Shown: piece after piece, positions 1 through 8,790 of the stretch
How the letters are laid out: each line of letters begins with the position of its first letter
Position numbering within the stretch: position 1 is the stretch's first letter
Assembly (NCBI GenBank): GCA_963813535.1
Contig: CAWEZH010000003.1
Location: 64,001 to 128,000, forward strand
Direction: 5' to 3'
Source of the DNA: an uncultured Chloroflexia bacterium
GTDB lineage: Bacteria > Chloroflexota > Limnocylindria > Limnocylindrales > CSP1-4
DNA: 64,000 nucleotides
Made by a program: the position numbers and the translations under genes
The notes under the pieces: generated by a model
The model's database searches: none
Told to the model about the DNA's origin: nothing
The model's input: the letters and a program-made list of their open reading frames with translations, nothing else

Positions 1-1
1 G

Positions 2-379
2 CCGCGTAATCCCTATCAGTACGCGATCATCCGCGTCGTCCCCCACGTCGAGCGCGGGGAGACGGTCAACGCCGGCGTCGTGTTGCTGTGCCGGTCGACC
101 GACTTCGTCGGGGCGCGGACGTCAGTCGACGAGGGGCGCCTTCGGGCGATCGCCCCCGACGCCGACATCGCCTCGATCGAGCGTCACCTCGAGGCCATCG
201 AGCGGATCGCCCAGGGTGATGCCCGTGGGGGTCCGATCGCTCGCCTGACCACGGCGGAGCGCTTCCACTGGCTGGTGGCGCCGGCCAGCACGATCATCCA
301 GCCGTCGGAGGTGCATACCGGGTTGACGGACGATCCGGCCCTCGAGCTGGATCGACTCTTCGACGCGCTCGTCCGCTGA
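2..379 (+). CDS. DUF3037 family protein (start codon cut by window edge)
   Basis: Frame from base 2 reads PRNPYQYAIIRVVPHVERGETVNAGVVL...ERFHWLVAPASTIIQPSEVHTGL, typical of DUF3037. Confidence 0.85.
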   Translation, partial: PRNPYQYAIIRVVPHVERGETVNAGVVLLCRSTDFVGARTSVDEGRLRAIAPDADIASIERHLEAIERIAQGDARGGPIARLTTAERFHWLVAPASTIIQPSEVHTGLTDDPALELDRLFDALVR

Positions 380-390
380 GGTCGGGGGCC

Positions 391-1002
391 TCAGGCGGCC
401 CCGACGGTCATCTGCGCCGAGCGGAGCGCGTCGTGCAGTGTCTCGCCGTCGCCGGGACTCGCGGCGGCGCCGACCAGCCGGAGCTCTGCGCCGAGTCGCC
501 CGACGACCTTCTCGGCACAGGCATCACGCACGCGCTCGAGCAGCGCCTTGGCTTCGGCCTCCTCCGTCTCGGGCAAGAGGAGATGGAAGCGATCGGCGGC
601 AGCTCGGGTCACGCGATCGGTCTCACGCGCATGCTCGCGGACGATCTCGCCGACCCGTGACGCGAGCCGGTCTTCGCTACCGGGTGGCGACAGGCGCAGA
701 CGGATGACGACGATGCTCGCTGGCCGACCATAGCGGGCCAGCCGGGCATCCTCGTGGCGCAACGCGATGTCCCAGTCCGGCCGGGTGTCGAGCGGGATGG
801 GACTGCGGACGTCGTCCAACGGGATCGGTCGTGGCGCCCGCCGCGTCGTCCGTCGTGCCGTGGTCGGCGGTCCGTCGAGGAAGGCCTCGATCACCTCGCC
901 GACGCGCTCATCGTGGTGGTCCGTCGGGAGGACGAACCGGGTCCGGCTCGCACGCGGCGTGCGCCGACGTACTGGCGGCGTGTCGTCCGGGAGTTCGGCC
1001 AT
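391..1002 (-). CDS. degenerate GGDEF-domain protein
   Basis: RLARYGRPASIVVI...ARETDRVTRAAADRFHLLLPET follows the GGDEF fold pattern, with AADRF replacing GGDEF; ATG at 1002 lies downstream of TAGACT. Confidence 0.7.
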   Translation of the reverse strand: MAELPDDTPPVRRRTPRASRTRFVLPTDHHDERVGEVIEAFLDGPPTTARRTTRRAPRPIPLDDVRSPIPLDTRPDWDIALRHEDARLARYGRPASIVVIRLRLSPPGSEDRLASRVGEIVREHARETDRVTRAAADRFHLLLPETEEAEAKALLERVRDACAEKVVGRLGAELRLVGAAASPGDGETLHDALRSAQMTVGAA

Positions 1003-1060
1003 GGGGGACCCCAAGTCTAGTCCGACCGGCCGGATCCGGCGGGGAGTCCGCGTCGTCTGG

Positions 1061-2611
1061 CTAGACGCTGACCGCGAGAGATGACCTGGAGAAGCGCCTG
1101 GCTGCCGGAGCGTATTCCGCCCACGCGTCGGCCAGCCGATCGACCGCCTCGACGAGTCGCGCCGGCTCGGCGCCGTAGGCGATCCGGATGTGGTCGCGGA
1201 AGCCACCGTCCGGCGAGGCCAGTGGGCCAGGACGGACGATCACGCCGTGTCGGGCAGCGAGGCGGGTGAACTGGACCGCATCGGCGTCGGGCAGGCCGAC
1301 CCACAGCGAGAGACCGCCCTCCGGCGTGGACCACTGCCACTCGGGCAGCCTGGTGGCGAGGGCGTCGGTGACGATGGTCCGCCGTTCGGCGGCGGCGGCA
1401 CGGGTCCAGGTCACGACGTCGTCGATGCGGTCGAAGACGCGGGCAGCGATGGCCTGGGTGATCAGGCTCGTCGCGTGGTCGGCGACGATCTTGCCGGCGA
1501 CCAAGCGGTCGATGTCGGCGCGCGGCGCCCGGATCCAGCCGATGCGCAACCCGCCCCACGCGAGCTTGCTCAGCGATCCGAGCGTGATGACCCTGTCGCC
1601 CGGGTCGAAGGCGGCGATCGGCGGCGGCGCATCGACCCCGAGGCTGGTATCGGGCGTCAGGTCCTCGACGACCTGGAAGCCAAACTCGGCGGCCGCTGTT
1701 CCCAGGTCGCGGCGTCGCGCCTCCGGCATCGTCGCGCCGGTGGGGTTGTGGTACGTCGGCACGACATAGGCAAGCCGCACCGGTGCGTTGGCGGCGAGGA
1801 GCCTCGCGACGTCGATCCGTGGCCCGTCGGCATCGACCGGCATCGGCATGAGGCGATTGCCGGTGGTGCGAAAGGCATCGATCGCCCCGATGTAGGTCGG
1901 GTTCTCCAGCACCACCGCGCTGCCGGGGCCGCCGATCTGCGACGCCACGAGGTGGACCGCCTGCTGGGCGCCGTTGGTGACGAGGATCTGGTCCGGGTCG
2001 GTCGCGACGCCCAGCCGGTCGAGGTAGCCAGCGATCGCCACCCGGAGGCGGGGGAGGCCGAACGGGTCGTAGCCCATCTCGCCAAGGAGCTCGGGGACGT
2101 CATCGCGGAGGGCCGTCTCGACACAGGCTGCGACGGTCGGACCGGCAGGCAAGGCGCCGATCGTCAGCTGGATCGCATCGGAGTGCTCGGCGCCGGCGAG
2201 CCCCGTCGACCACGCCGGCGGCTCGGACATGCGCAACGGGACTTCGGTGTCGGTCTCCTCGGCCGGTGTCGGTGTCAACGCGAACAGCCCGGGACGACGG
2301 GCGGCTACGCGCGTGCCGCTGCCCTGCCGGCTGCGTGCCAGGCCCGCCAGCCGGAGCCGGTCGTAGGCGGCGACGATGGTCGTCCGGCTGAGGGACAGCT
2401 CCCGGGCCAGTTCGCGCTCGGCCGGGAGACGCGTGCCGGGTGGGAGCAGGCCGACTTCGATGGCCCGGGTCAGGGCGTCGGCAAGCTGTTCGTTCAGCGG
2501 GTCGGCGCCGTCCGCCCAGGGTCCGATCAACTCGACCAGTCCAGCGGCGGAGACCATCGAATGCTTTTTCAGTCCATTTGAGGGTGATTGGCTATTTGGG
2601 TCGTCTGTCAT
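1061..2611 (-). CDS. MocR/GabR-family GntR-HTH plus PLP-aminotransferase-domain regulator
   Basis: GTRLPAERELARELSLSRTTIVAAYDRL HTH; VTNGAQQA, PTYHNPTG, GSLSKLAWGGLRIGW; alternative start at 2557. Confidence 0.92.
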   Translation of the reverse strand: MTDDPNSQSPSNGLKKHSMVSAAGLVELIGPWADGADPLNEQLADALTRAIEVGLLPPGTRLPAERELARELSLSRTTIVAAYDRLRLAGLARSRQGSGTRVAARRPGLFALTPTPAEETDTEVPLRMSEPPAWSTGLAGAEHSDAIQLTIGALPAGPTVAACVETALRDDVPELLGEMGYDPFGLPRLRVAIAGYLDRLGVATDPDQILVTNGAQQAVHLVASQIGGPGSAVVLENPTYIGAIDAFRTTGNRLMPMPVDADGPRIDVARLLAANAPVRLAYVVPTYHNPTGATMPEARRRDLGTAAAEFGFQVVEDLTPDTSLGVDAPPPIAAFDPGDRVITLGSLSKLAWGGLRIGWIRAPRADIDRLVAGKIVADHATSLITQAIAARVFDRIDDVVTWTRAAAAERRTIVTDALATRLPEWQWSTPEGGLSLWVGLPDADAVQFTRLAARHGVIVRPGPLASPDGGFRDHIRIAYGAEPARLVEAVDRLADAWAEYAPAARRFSRSSLAVSV

Positions 2612-2633
2612 CGGTGCCAATATCGGGCAAACA

Positions 2634-2658
2634 GCAGTCCAATGTCAAGGTGGACTGC
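2634..2658. promoter_or_regulatory. inverted repeat GCAGTCCA-N9-TGGACTGC, probable MocR operator
   Basis: Perfect 8-bp IR in the AT-richer divergent gap; extra CAGTCCA copies at 2537-2543 and 2570-2576. Confidence 0.6.
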
Positions 2659-2694
2659 GAAGAAATTGTTTCGAATGGACCGGAAAGGATGACG

Positions 2695-2841
2695 ATGAGC
2701 ATGGACATCGGGATGGCAGCGATGACGGCGATCGTCCTCATCGGTCCGTTCCTTGCGCTCGCGCTCGCGGCGCTCCGATTCGGCGCCGACTCGCGCCCCG
2801 GCATCGACGACCGCGACCAGCGGCCATGGATGGTCGGCTGA
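2695..2841 (+). CDS. small single-TM membrane protein (48 aa, ...ALRFGADSRPG...)
   Basis: GAAAGGA RBS at 2683-2689; hydrophobic helix then FGADSR; terminator follows. Confidence 0.7.
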   Translation: MSMDIGMAAMTAIVLIGPFLALALAALRFGADSRPGIDDRDQRPWMVG

Positions 2842-2863
2842 CGACGAACCTCCCGCGCAGGCG

Positions 2864-2895
2864 AACGACCCCGGCCTCTCGCCGGGGTCGTTTCG
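2864..2895 (+). terminator. intrinsic terminator hairpin
   Basis: AACGACCCCGGC-ctctc-GCCGGGGTCGTT 12-bp stem between convergent genes. Confidence 0.75.
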
Positions 2896-2921
2896 TGTCT
2901 GGCGGGGAAGTCGCGAAGCCG

Positions 2922-3491
2922 TCAGCCCTTGGCGGCCCGCAGCTCGGCCTTGTGCGCGCGTTTGCCGGCCTGGTAGGACGCCAGCGCCTCGGGTGAATTG
3001 ACGTCGCCCAGGGTCGGATGCGTGGGCATGACGTCAGCCATCCCCGGCAGGTCGACGGCGAGCCGCTTGCCGAGGATCGCGATCATGCCCTTCGCCTTCA
3101 TCTCGCCGATGCCCGGCAGGCCCAGCAACCGCCGCTCGAGGTCGCGTCCATCGGTCGCGTCGGTCCAGATCCGGCTGGCGTCGTTGCCGTAGTCGCCGGC
3201 GATGGCGGCGGCGAGCTGCTGGACCTTGCCGGCCATGGCGCCGGGGAAGCGGTGCAGTGCCGGCCTCTCGCGGAAGACCGCGTCGAGCGTGGCGGGGTCG
3301 GTGGCGGCGATGCGTGCCGCGTCAAGATGGCCGAGTCGGCGCTTGAGCTCGAGCGGGCCGCTGAACGCCTTCTGCACGGTCACCTGTTGATCGAGCGCGA
3401 AGCCGATGAGCAGCGCCAGGGGTTCTTCGACCAGGAGTCGATCGGCCTCGTCGTCCCCGGTGAATGGGAGTCGATCGATCGGGGCAGTCAT
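2922..3491 (-). CDS. HhH-GPD-type base excision repair protein
   Basis: FTGDDEADRLL..EPLALLIGFALDQQV..KAFSGP; HhH LLGLPGIGEMKA; TACCAT 6 nt before ATG. Confidence 0.88.
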   Translation of the reverse strand: MTAPIDRLPFTGDDEADRLLVEEPLALLIGFALDQQVTVQKAFSGPLELKRRLGHLDAARIAATDPATLDAVFRERPALHRFPGAMAGKVQQLAAAIAGDYGNDASRIWTDATDGRDLERRLLGLPGIGEMKAKGMIAILGKRLAVDLPGMADVMPTHPTLGDVNSPEALASYQAGKRAHKAELRAAKG

Positions 3492-3641
3492 GACCGCATG
3501 GTAGTGGACGGCGTCCGGAGTCCCGTCGACAAATGTCCACACGGGTTCGCCACGGACGTCAGCAGCCGTGGCCGCCTCGATGGCCGGAGGATAGGCGCAG
3601 CCCGACCGACGGTGGTCGGGGATGAGGAAAGGAGACCGACG

Positions 3642-3758
3642 ATGGCCTCGACCCCGATGGTCCGGGCAGACGCCTATGGGCTCCTGCCCTCGATCTTGAT
3701 CCTGTTGATGTTGATCCTCGCGAGCCTCGGGATCGTGGCCCACGCCGCGACGCTCTAG
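3642..3758 (+). CDS. small hydrophobic peptide (38 aa)
   Basis: Strong RBS GAGGAAAGGAG; MASTPMVRADAYGLLPSILILLMLILASLGIVAHAATL. Confidence 0.6.
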   Translation: MASTPMVRADAYGLLPSILILLMLILASLGIVAHAATL

Positions 3759-3888
3759 CCCCTCCGGATCGAGACCAACTCAGGGCGGCCGCGGGCCGTC
3801 CGTCCCGGCCCCGGTCGACGTGCCCCCCGCGTCGCGCCGGGGCCTCCGCATGTCGTCTCGGGCGTGGCCTGGTACGTCCCGGGAATCG

Positions 3889-3914
3889 TGAGGCCCGGCG
3901 TCTGCCGGGCCTCA
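3889..3914. terminator. GC-rich hairpin between convergent genes
   Basis: TGAGGCCCGGC-gtct-GCCGGGCCTCA 11-bp stem, no U-tract. Confidence 0.55.
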
Positions 3915-3936
3915 GGTAGGTGTCAGCGAGTGACGT

Positions 3937-4785
3937 TCAGCTTCCGGCCCGCCACTGGCTGGCCGTCAGGCCAAGGTTGCCGATGACGGATCGCCAGTAC
4001 TTGCCGGACTTGGGCGGATCCATGTGCGCCTTCGCCCACGTGGTTCGCCTCGACGAGAACCAGAAGTCGCGTGCCCCGCTCGCGCTCGGGCTCGACATCA
4101 GGACCTGGTTCATGTTCCGGTTCGTGGTGAACAGCGACCGGATCTGGGGCGTGACGCTGTTGATCGCCTCGGCGAAGACAGCCTTAGCCCCGGCCCGCAG
4201 GAAGCCGGCACCGTAGTTGTCGACGCGCTTGATGGCGGTCGACCGCGTCGGATTCGCCGAGCCCCATTCCGAGTTGCCCGATGCGTAGCACAGGCGGTTG
4301 AGGATCACGACCGCGTTCTTCGCCATCTGGATGTCGCGGTCGATGTAGAACTCGCCCCAGTACTTGACGTTGTAATTGCCGTGGCCCGAGCTGGCGTTCA
4401 GGCCCATCCCGTCCTTCGTATAGCGCTGGAACGCGCCGTACGGGCTGGGATAGCCGTTGCCATGACCCAGGTAGATCAGGAGGTTCGCCCCACGTGCCGC
4501 TGCCTTGACCCTGGTCCAGGTGGCATATGGGCTGTAGAGCTCGGTGACGGAAGCTCCGTACGAGCGGGCGAGCTTGGCATACACGCGCGCGCTGTCGCGG
4601 TATTTGGCGGTGCTCGAGCCTGCAGGACCGACCACGACGACGACCTTGATGCTGGCCGCTCGGGTCTCCTGCGGAACCGCCAACGTGCCAAGACCGGCAA
4701 CGACGACGGCGATGAGTGCAGTGACGATCACGCGATGAGATCGCTGGATGGACGCCCGCTGGGCGCCGTCTGGACGAACTGGCAA
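3937..4785 (-). CDS. secreted protein with putative clan CD (gingipain/caspase-like) peptidase motifs
   Basis: TTG start after GAGGAGG; signal peptide VIVTALIAVVVAGLGTLAVPQETRAA; LIYLGHGNG and VILNRLCYASG. Confidence 0.65.
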   Translation of the reverse strand: MPVRPDGAQRASIQRSHRVIVTALIAVVVAGLGTLAVPQETRAASIKVVVVVGPAGSSTAKYRDSARVYAKLARSYGASVTELYSPYATWTRVKAAARGANLLIYLGHGNGYPSPYGAFQRYTKDGMGLNASSGHGNYNVKYWGEFYIDRDIQMAKNAVVILNRLCYASGNSEWGSANPTRSTAIKRVDNYGAGFLRAGAKAVFAEAINSVTPQIRSLFTTNRNMNQVLMSSPSASGARDFWFSSRRTTWAKAHMDPPKSGKYWRSVIGNLGLTASQWRAGS

Positions 4786-4800
4786 GATCCTTGCCTCCTC

Positions 4801-5062
4801 TCTTCCGGAACATCGCGTGGGGGACGCGATGACGGTGATGTGGGCCGCCGACGGCAGGAAGGCGAGGCGCGGGGGATGGGGGCATGCCATCGACCACCGC
4901 GGTGAGCGCGGTGCCGACGACGGGTCCACGTCCGCGGGGGGTGCGACGTGGCGGTCGGGTACGGAACCCGACGGTGACAGGAGTCCTGCCGTGGGGGCGG
5001 CGAGTCTTCTGTTGGGCCTGTCTAGTGGGGGCTTGGGCGCCTGGGCCTGGACCGGCAGTATG
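4801..5062 (-). promoter_or_regulatory. long structured 5' leader, candidate cis-regulatory RNA
   Basis: CATACT -10 at 5057-5062; outer stem 4844-4859/4984-5001 encloses three hairpins; CCCCC-loop hairpin 4811-4831 lies just before the RBS. Confidence 0.45.
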
Positions 5063-5350
5063 GCAGCCGGGTCCAGCGGTCGTCCGCAGCCAGAGGTCCT
5101 ATCGCGGCCCGAGACGGGTGAACCGGGTCGGTTTCCGGTGCCCCGGCGCACCATCCACGGCGCGGATCGGCCGATACGACGACGTCGGTCGGCTGTCGAC
5201 CTGCCGTATCGGGTCGGAGGTCGGCGACGGATATCGGCTATGCTCCGGTCGGCCGACGGGCGGCTGCGCGAAGGCGCGCACGGCCGGCGCCACCGTCGTG
5301 CTCCCGCGGATCCCGCCAGCCGACGGCCAGATCCATGCAGGAGCTGCTAC

Positions 5351-6667
5351 TTGACCTTCGAATCGCTCGGCCTTTCGGCCGATCTGCTGAAGACCGTCGC
5401 CGACGAGGGCTACACCACCCCGACGCCGGTCCAGGCAGCCGCCATCCCCATCGTGCTCGAGGGCCGCGACGTGCTCGCCGCCGCGCAGACAGGGACCGGC
5501 AAGACCGCAGCCTTCACGCTGCCCATCCTCGATCGACTCCGCGGCCAGGCCAACGATTCGTTCTCCCCGGCACGCCACCCGGTGCGTGTGCTGATCCTCG
5601 TCCCGACGCGCGAGCTCGCGATGCAGGTCGACGAGAGCGTCCGGACGTACGGCCGGACCGTGCCGCTGCGCTCGGCCGTGGTCTACGGCGGCATGCCGAT
5701 GGACCCACAGATCAAGGCGCTGCGCGCCGGTGTCGAGATCCTGACCGCGACACCCGGGCGCCTGCTCGACCTCGTCGGCCAGAAGGTCGCGAACCTGGGC
5801 CAGGTCGAGATCCTCGTGCTCGACGAGGCCGACCGGATGCTCGACATGGGCTTCCTGCCCGACATCCAGCGGATCATCGAGCTGCTCCCGAAGCGACGCC
5901 AGAACCTGATGTTCTCGGCGACGTTCTCGGACGACATCCGACGCCTGTCCGGCACGATCCTGCGGAACCCGGAGACCGTCGAGGTCGCGCCCCGCAACAC
6001 CACGGTCGAGGGCATCAAGCAGCTGGTCTATCCGGTCGACCGCGATCGGAAGGAGGAGCTGCTCGCGCACCTCATCCGCACCTATGACCTGCGCCAGGTG
6101 CTGGTCTTCACGCGCACGAAGCTCGCGGCATCACGCCTGGCCTCACGGCTGGACCGCGATCGTCTCGACGCCGTCGCGATCCATAGCGATCGCTCGCAGC
6201 CCGAACGCACGCGCGCGCTCGAGGGCTTCAAGTCCGGCGATATCCGCGTGCTCGTCGCGACCGACGTCGCGGCGCGCGGCCTGGACATCGAGGACCTGCC
6301 GGTCGTCGTGAACTTCGAGCTGCCGTGGAATCCGCAGGACTACATCCACCGCATCGGCCGGACCGGCCGGGCGGGGGCGACGGGTGAGGCGATCAGTCTC
6401 GTCTGCATCGACGAGGTCGACCTGTTGCGCGGCATCCAGCGGATGCTCAAGCGGGCGATCCCGTGGACCGTCGAGGACGGCTTCGTCCCGGATCGGTCGG
6501 CCGAGCCGCGTCCGCTCGGGATGCGGGCCGGCCACGCGCATGTCGGCCGCGATCACCATGCCCGCCGCAAGCCGGTCCGGACGAGATCCGGAGCGGGGGT
6601 CGGGTCGGCTGGGGACGCCGGCGGACGGCGCCGTGGCGGCGGTGCGCGCAGGTCGGGCCGGGGTTGA
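5351..6667 (+). CDS. DEAD-box RNA helicase (RhlE-like)
   Basis: AQTGTGKT, PTRELA, TPGRLLD, DEAD, SAT, HRIGRTGR; TTG start after GCAGGAG; basic Gly/Arg tail. Confidence 0.95.
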   Translation: MTFESLGLSADLLKTVADEGYTTPTPVQAAAIPIVLEGRDVLAAAQTGTGKTAAFTLPILDRLRGQANDSFSPARHPVRVLILVPTRELAMQVDESVRTYGRTVPLRSAVVYGGMPMDPQIKALRAGVEILTATPGRLLDLVGQKVANLGQVEILVLDEADRMLDMGFLPDIQRIIELLPKRRQNLMFSATFSDDIRRLSGTILRNPETVEVAPRNTTVEGIKQLVYPVDRDRKEELLAHLIRTYDLRQVLVFTRTKLAASRLASRLDRDRLDAVAIHSDRSQPERTRALEGFKSGDIRVLVATDVAARGLDIEDLPVVVNFELPWNPQDYIHRIGRTGRAGATGEAISLVCIDEVDLLRGIQRMLKRAIPWTVEDGFVPDRSAEPRPLGMRAGHAHVGRDHHARRKPVRTRSGAGVGSAGDAGGRRRGGGARRSGRG

Positions 6668-6688
6668 CGACCGACTAGGACGCGAGGA

Positions 6689-7219
6689 TCAGATCGCGCC
6701 GGTCTCGGCCACGTCGGCCTGGATCATCTCCGCTCCCGGGAAGAAGAACCCCAGCATCAGGTCGCAGGCGACGCTCTCGACGCCATAGCGATTGACCAAT
6801 GCGTGGCGGCCGACAGGGATCTGCGGGACTGCCGTGCCTGTCTCGGACCGCCGCCCCACGCTGACGTCCCGCAGCAACACGAACTCGCCGCTGGGCCGAG
6901 TGAGGGCGCGCCCTGGGTCGAACCCGGGCAGGGTCGGCATCTCACCCTCGACGGTGTATGGACCCATCTCGAGACGGATGCCATGCCACGAGGCGTGTAC
7001 CGGGGTGATCGAGTCGTCGTCCCCGACCGCGATCAGGACGTCGTCGATCGGGATCGATACGCCCGAGTTGGACGATGGGATCCCGCCGAGCGGGTGCCAC
7101 TGGACACGATCGAGCGTCAGGACGCCGTCATGCTCCAGGACCTCACGAAGGGTGCCGGCGCGGGCCAGCACGCCGCTGGCGACTCCCTCGGCCGTGTACG
7201 CGTCCACTTTGATCGGCAT
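6689..7219 (-). CDS. hypothetical protein, DUF6812-like, paralog of 55767-56426
   Basis: Aligns by eye with 55767-56426 (GTLREVLE/GRLSDVLN; GPYTVEG..TLPG/PPFRIVG..LYPG; ALVNR/ILVNR). Confidence 0.65.
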   Translation of the reverse strand: MPIKVDAYTAEGVASGVLARAGTLREVLEHDGVLTLDRVQWHPLGGIPSSNSGVSIPIDDVLIAVGDDDSITPVHASWHGIRLEMGPYTVEGEMPTLPGFDPGRALTRPSGEFVLLRDVSVGRRSETGTAVPQIPVGRHALVNRYGVESVACDLMLGFFFPGAEMIQADVAETGAI

Positions 7220-7337
7220 ACCGTCCCCTCAGCGTGGGCTCCACCGTGCGGCTCACGCGCGCGCGCGGCAAGTGACCCATCCGTACCGGCGACACGCGTC
7301 CGGTGGTCCGGCGCCCACGTGCGCACCGCGCCTGCGA

Positions 7338-8718
7338 TCAGCGCCGCTGGCGGCAGCCGCAGGGACGATCGAGGGGGGTCAGCGCCATGCGCAGAAGCGA
7401 GCGGACGATCGGCGCCGGATCGGTGCGGCTCTGGTTGGTCAGTACGGCGATCGAGACGCCCTGGTCGGGCAGGTAGCGGACTGCGGATCGAAAGCCGAGC
7501 AGCCGCCCGGAGTGACCCACCGTGGTGAGTCCGTCGATCTCGACCACCTGTGTCCCATAGCCGTACGGCACCGACGACTTGAGGGCGGTCGTCCCGGCCG
7601 GATCGACCATGGCGGCCAGGTAACTGGGCAAGAGGACCTCACCGCCGTAGAGGAAGTGCGCCCAGCGCGCGAGGTCGCGGGCGGTCGACGCGAACCCGCC
7701 GGCCCCGCCGGCGGCCGTCACGACCGACGTGAACGGCACGAGGGCCGTGTCGTCCGACAGGTCGATGGCGGGCGCAGCCGTGGACGCCGACTCGAATCGA
7801 TAGCCGTGAGCGATGTCCGCGGGTGCCTGGTCCTCGGGCTGGTACCAGGTGTGGTCGAGCTCGAGCGGAGCCAGGAAGCGGGTCCGCACCTGCTCGGCGA
7901 GCGGCACCCCGCCGACCTCCTCCGCGAGCATGCCCAGCACGAGATAGTTCGTGTTCGAGTAGTGGAATCCCTTGCCCGGCTCGAAGTAGGCCTTGCCGAC
8001 GTACTTGAGGGCCTGGGTCGGACTCCAGCGCGCGGTCCGGCCGCGATAGCAGCAGCCGGTCGATGGACGGGTGGAAGAAGAAGTCGCGAAGGCCGCTCGT
8101 ATGGTCCAGCAGCTGGCGGACCTTGACCTTGCTGGAGACCTTCTTGACGTCGGGCAGGTAGCGCCGTACGGGAGCGTCGAGGTCCAGGCGACCCTCCTCG
8201 GCGAGTGCGAGGATCAGCGCCGCGGTGAAGGTCTTGCTGACGCTGGCGATGGCGAACGAGGTCGAGCGAGTGACCGGCGCCTTGCCAGGCACGTCGGCGA
8301 GGCCGCTGACACCCGACCAGGTCGAGCCGTCCGGTAGCACGATGGCGACCGAGATGCCCGGGATCGCGTAGCGCTCGCGGAGTCGGTCGAGCCGGGCTTG
8401 CAGTGCGAGGCGGGTCGCCGGAGCGAGTCGCGGGCGGGTGATCGAGACGGGTGGCTCGATCGCCGGAGGCGCACCTGGACCTGGGCTCGGGCCGACCGAT
8501 GCGGCCGGCGATGAGGACGGGAACAGCGTGGTCGATGGCGACGGCTCGGTTCCCGCACGCTCGCTGGGCGTCGACGTCGGCGTGGCCGCCGGCGACGACG
8601 TGGGGGTCGCCGCGAACGCCGGGCTGAGGGCGACGGTGACGATCGCGACGGCTGCGGCGATCGGGATGAGCGGGATGGCCCGTCGGACCCCCGTCCGACG
8701 CGGCCGGGACGCGGCCAT
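7338..8718 (-). pseudogene. secreted serine hydrolase (beta-lactamase/DD-carboxypeptidase family) split by a 1-nt insertion near 8031
   Basis: SxxK (ASVSK) and LLDHTSG in ORF 7639-8910; YSNTNY and GHSG in the frame of ORF 7338-7940; length is 3n+1; may be an assembly error. Confidence 0.8.
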
Positions 8719-8763
8719 GCAGCGCGGACCATACCGCGACCTGATCGCGGCTACCATCCCGGG

Positions 8764-8790
8764 ATGCCTACCCCGACGTCCCATCGATGA
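8764..8790 (+). other. putative leaderless 8-aa uORF (MPTPTSHR)
   Basis: TACCAT 8752-8757, 6-nt spacer, ATG; its TGA overlaps the next ATG (ATGA). Confidence 0.4.
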
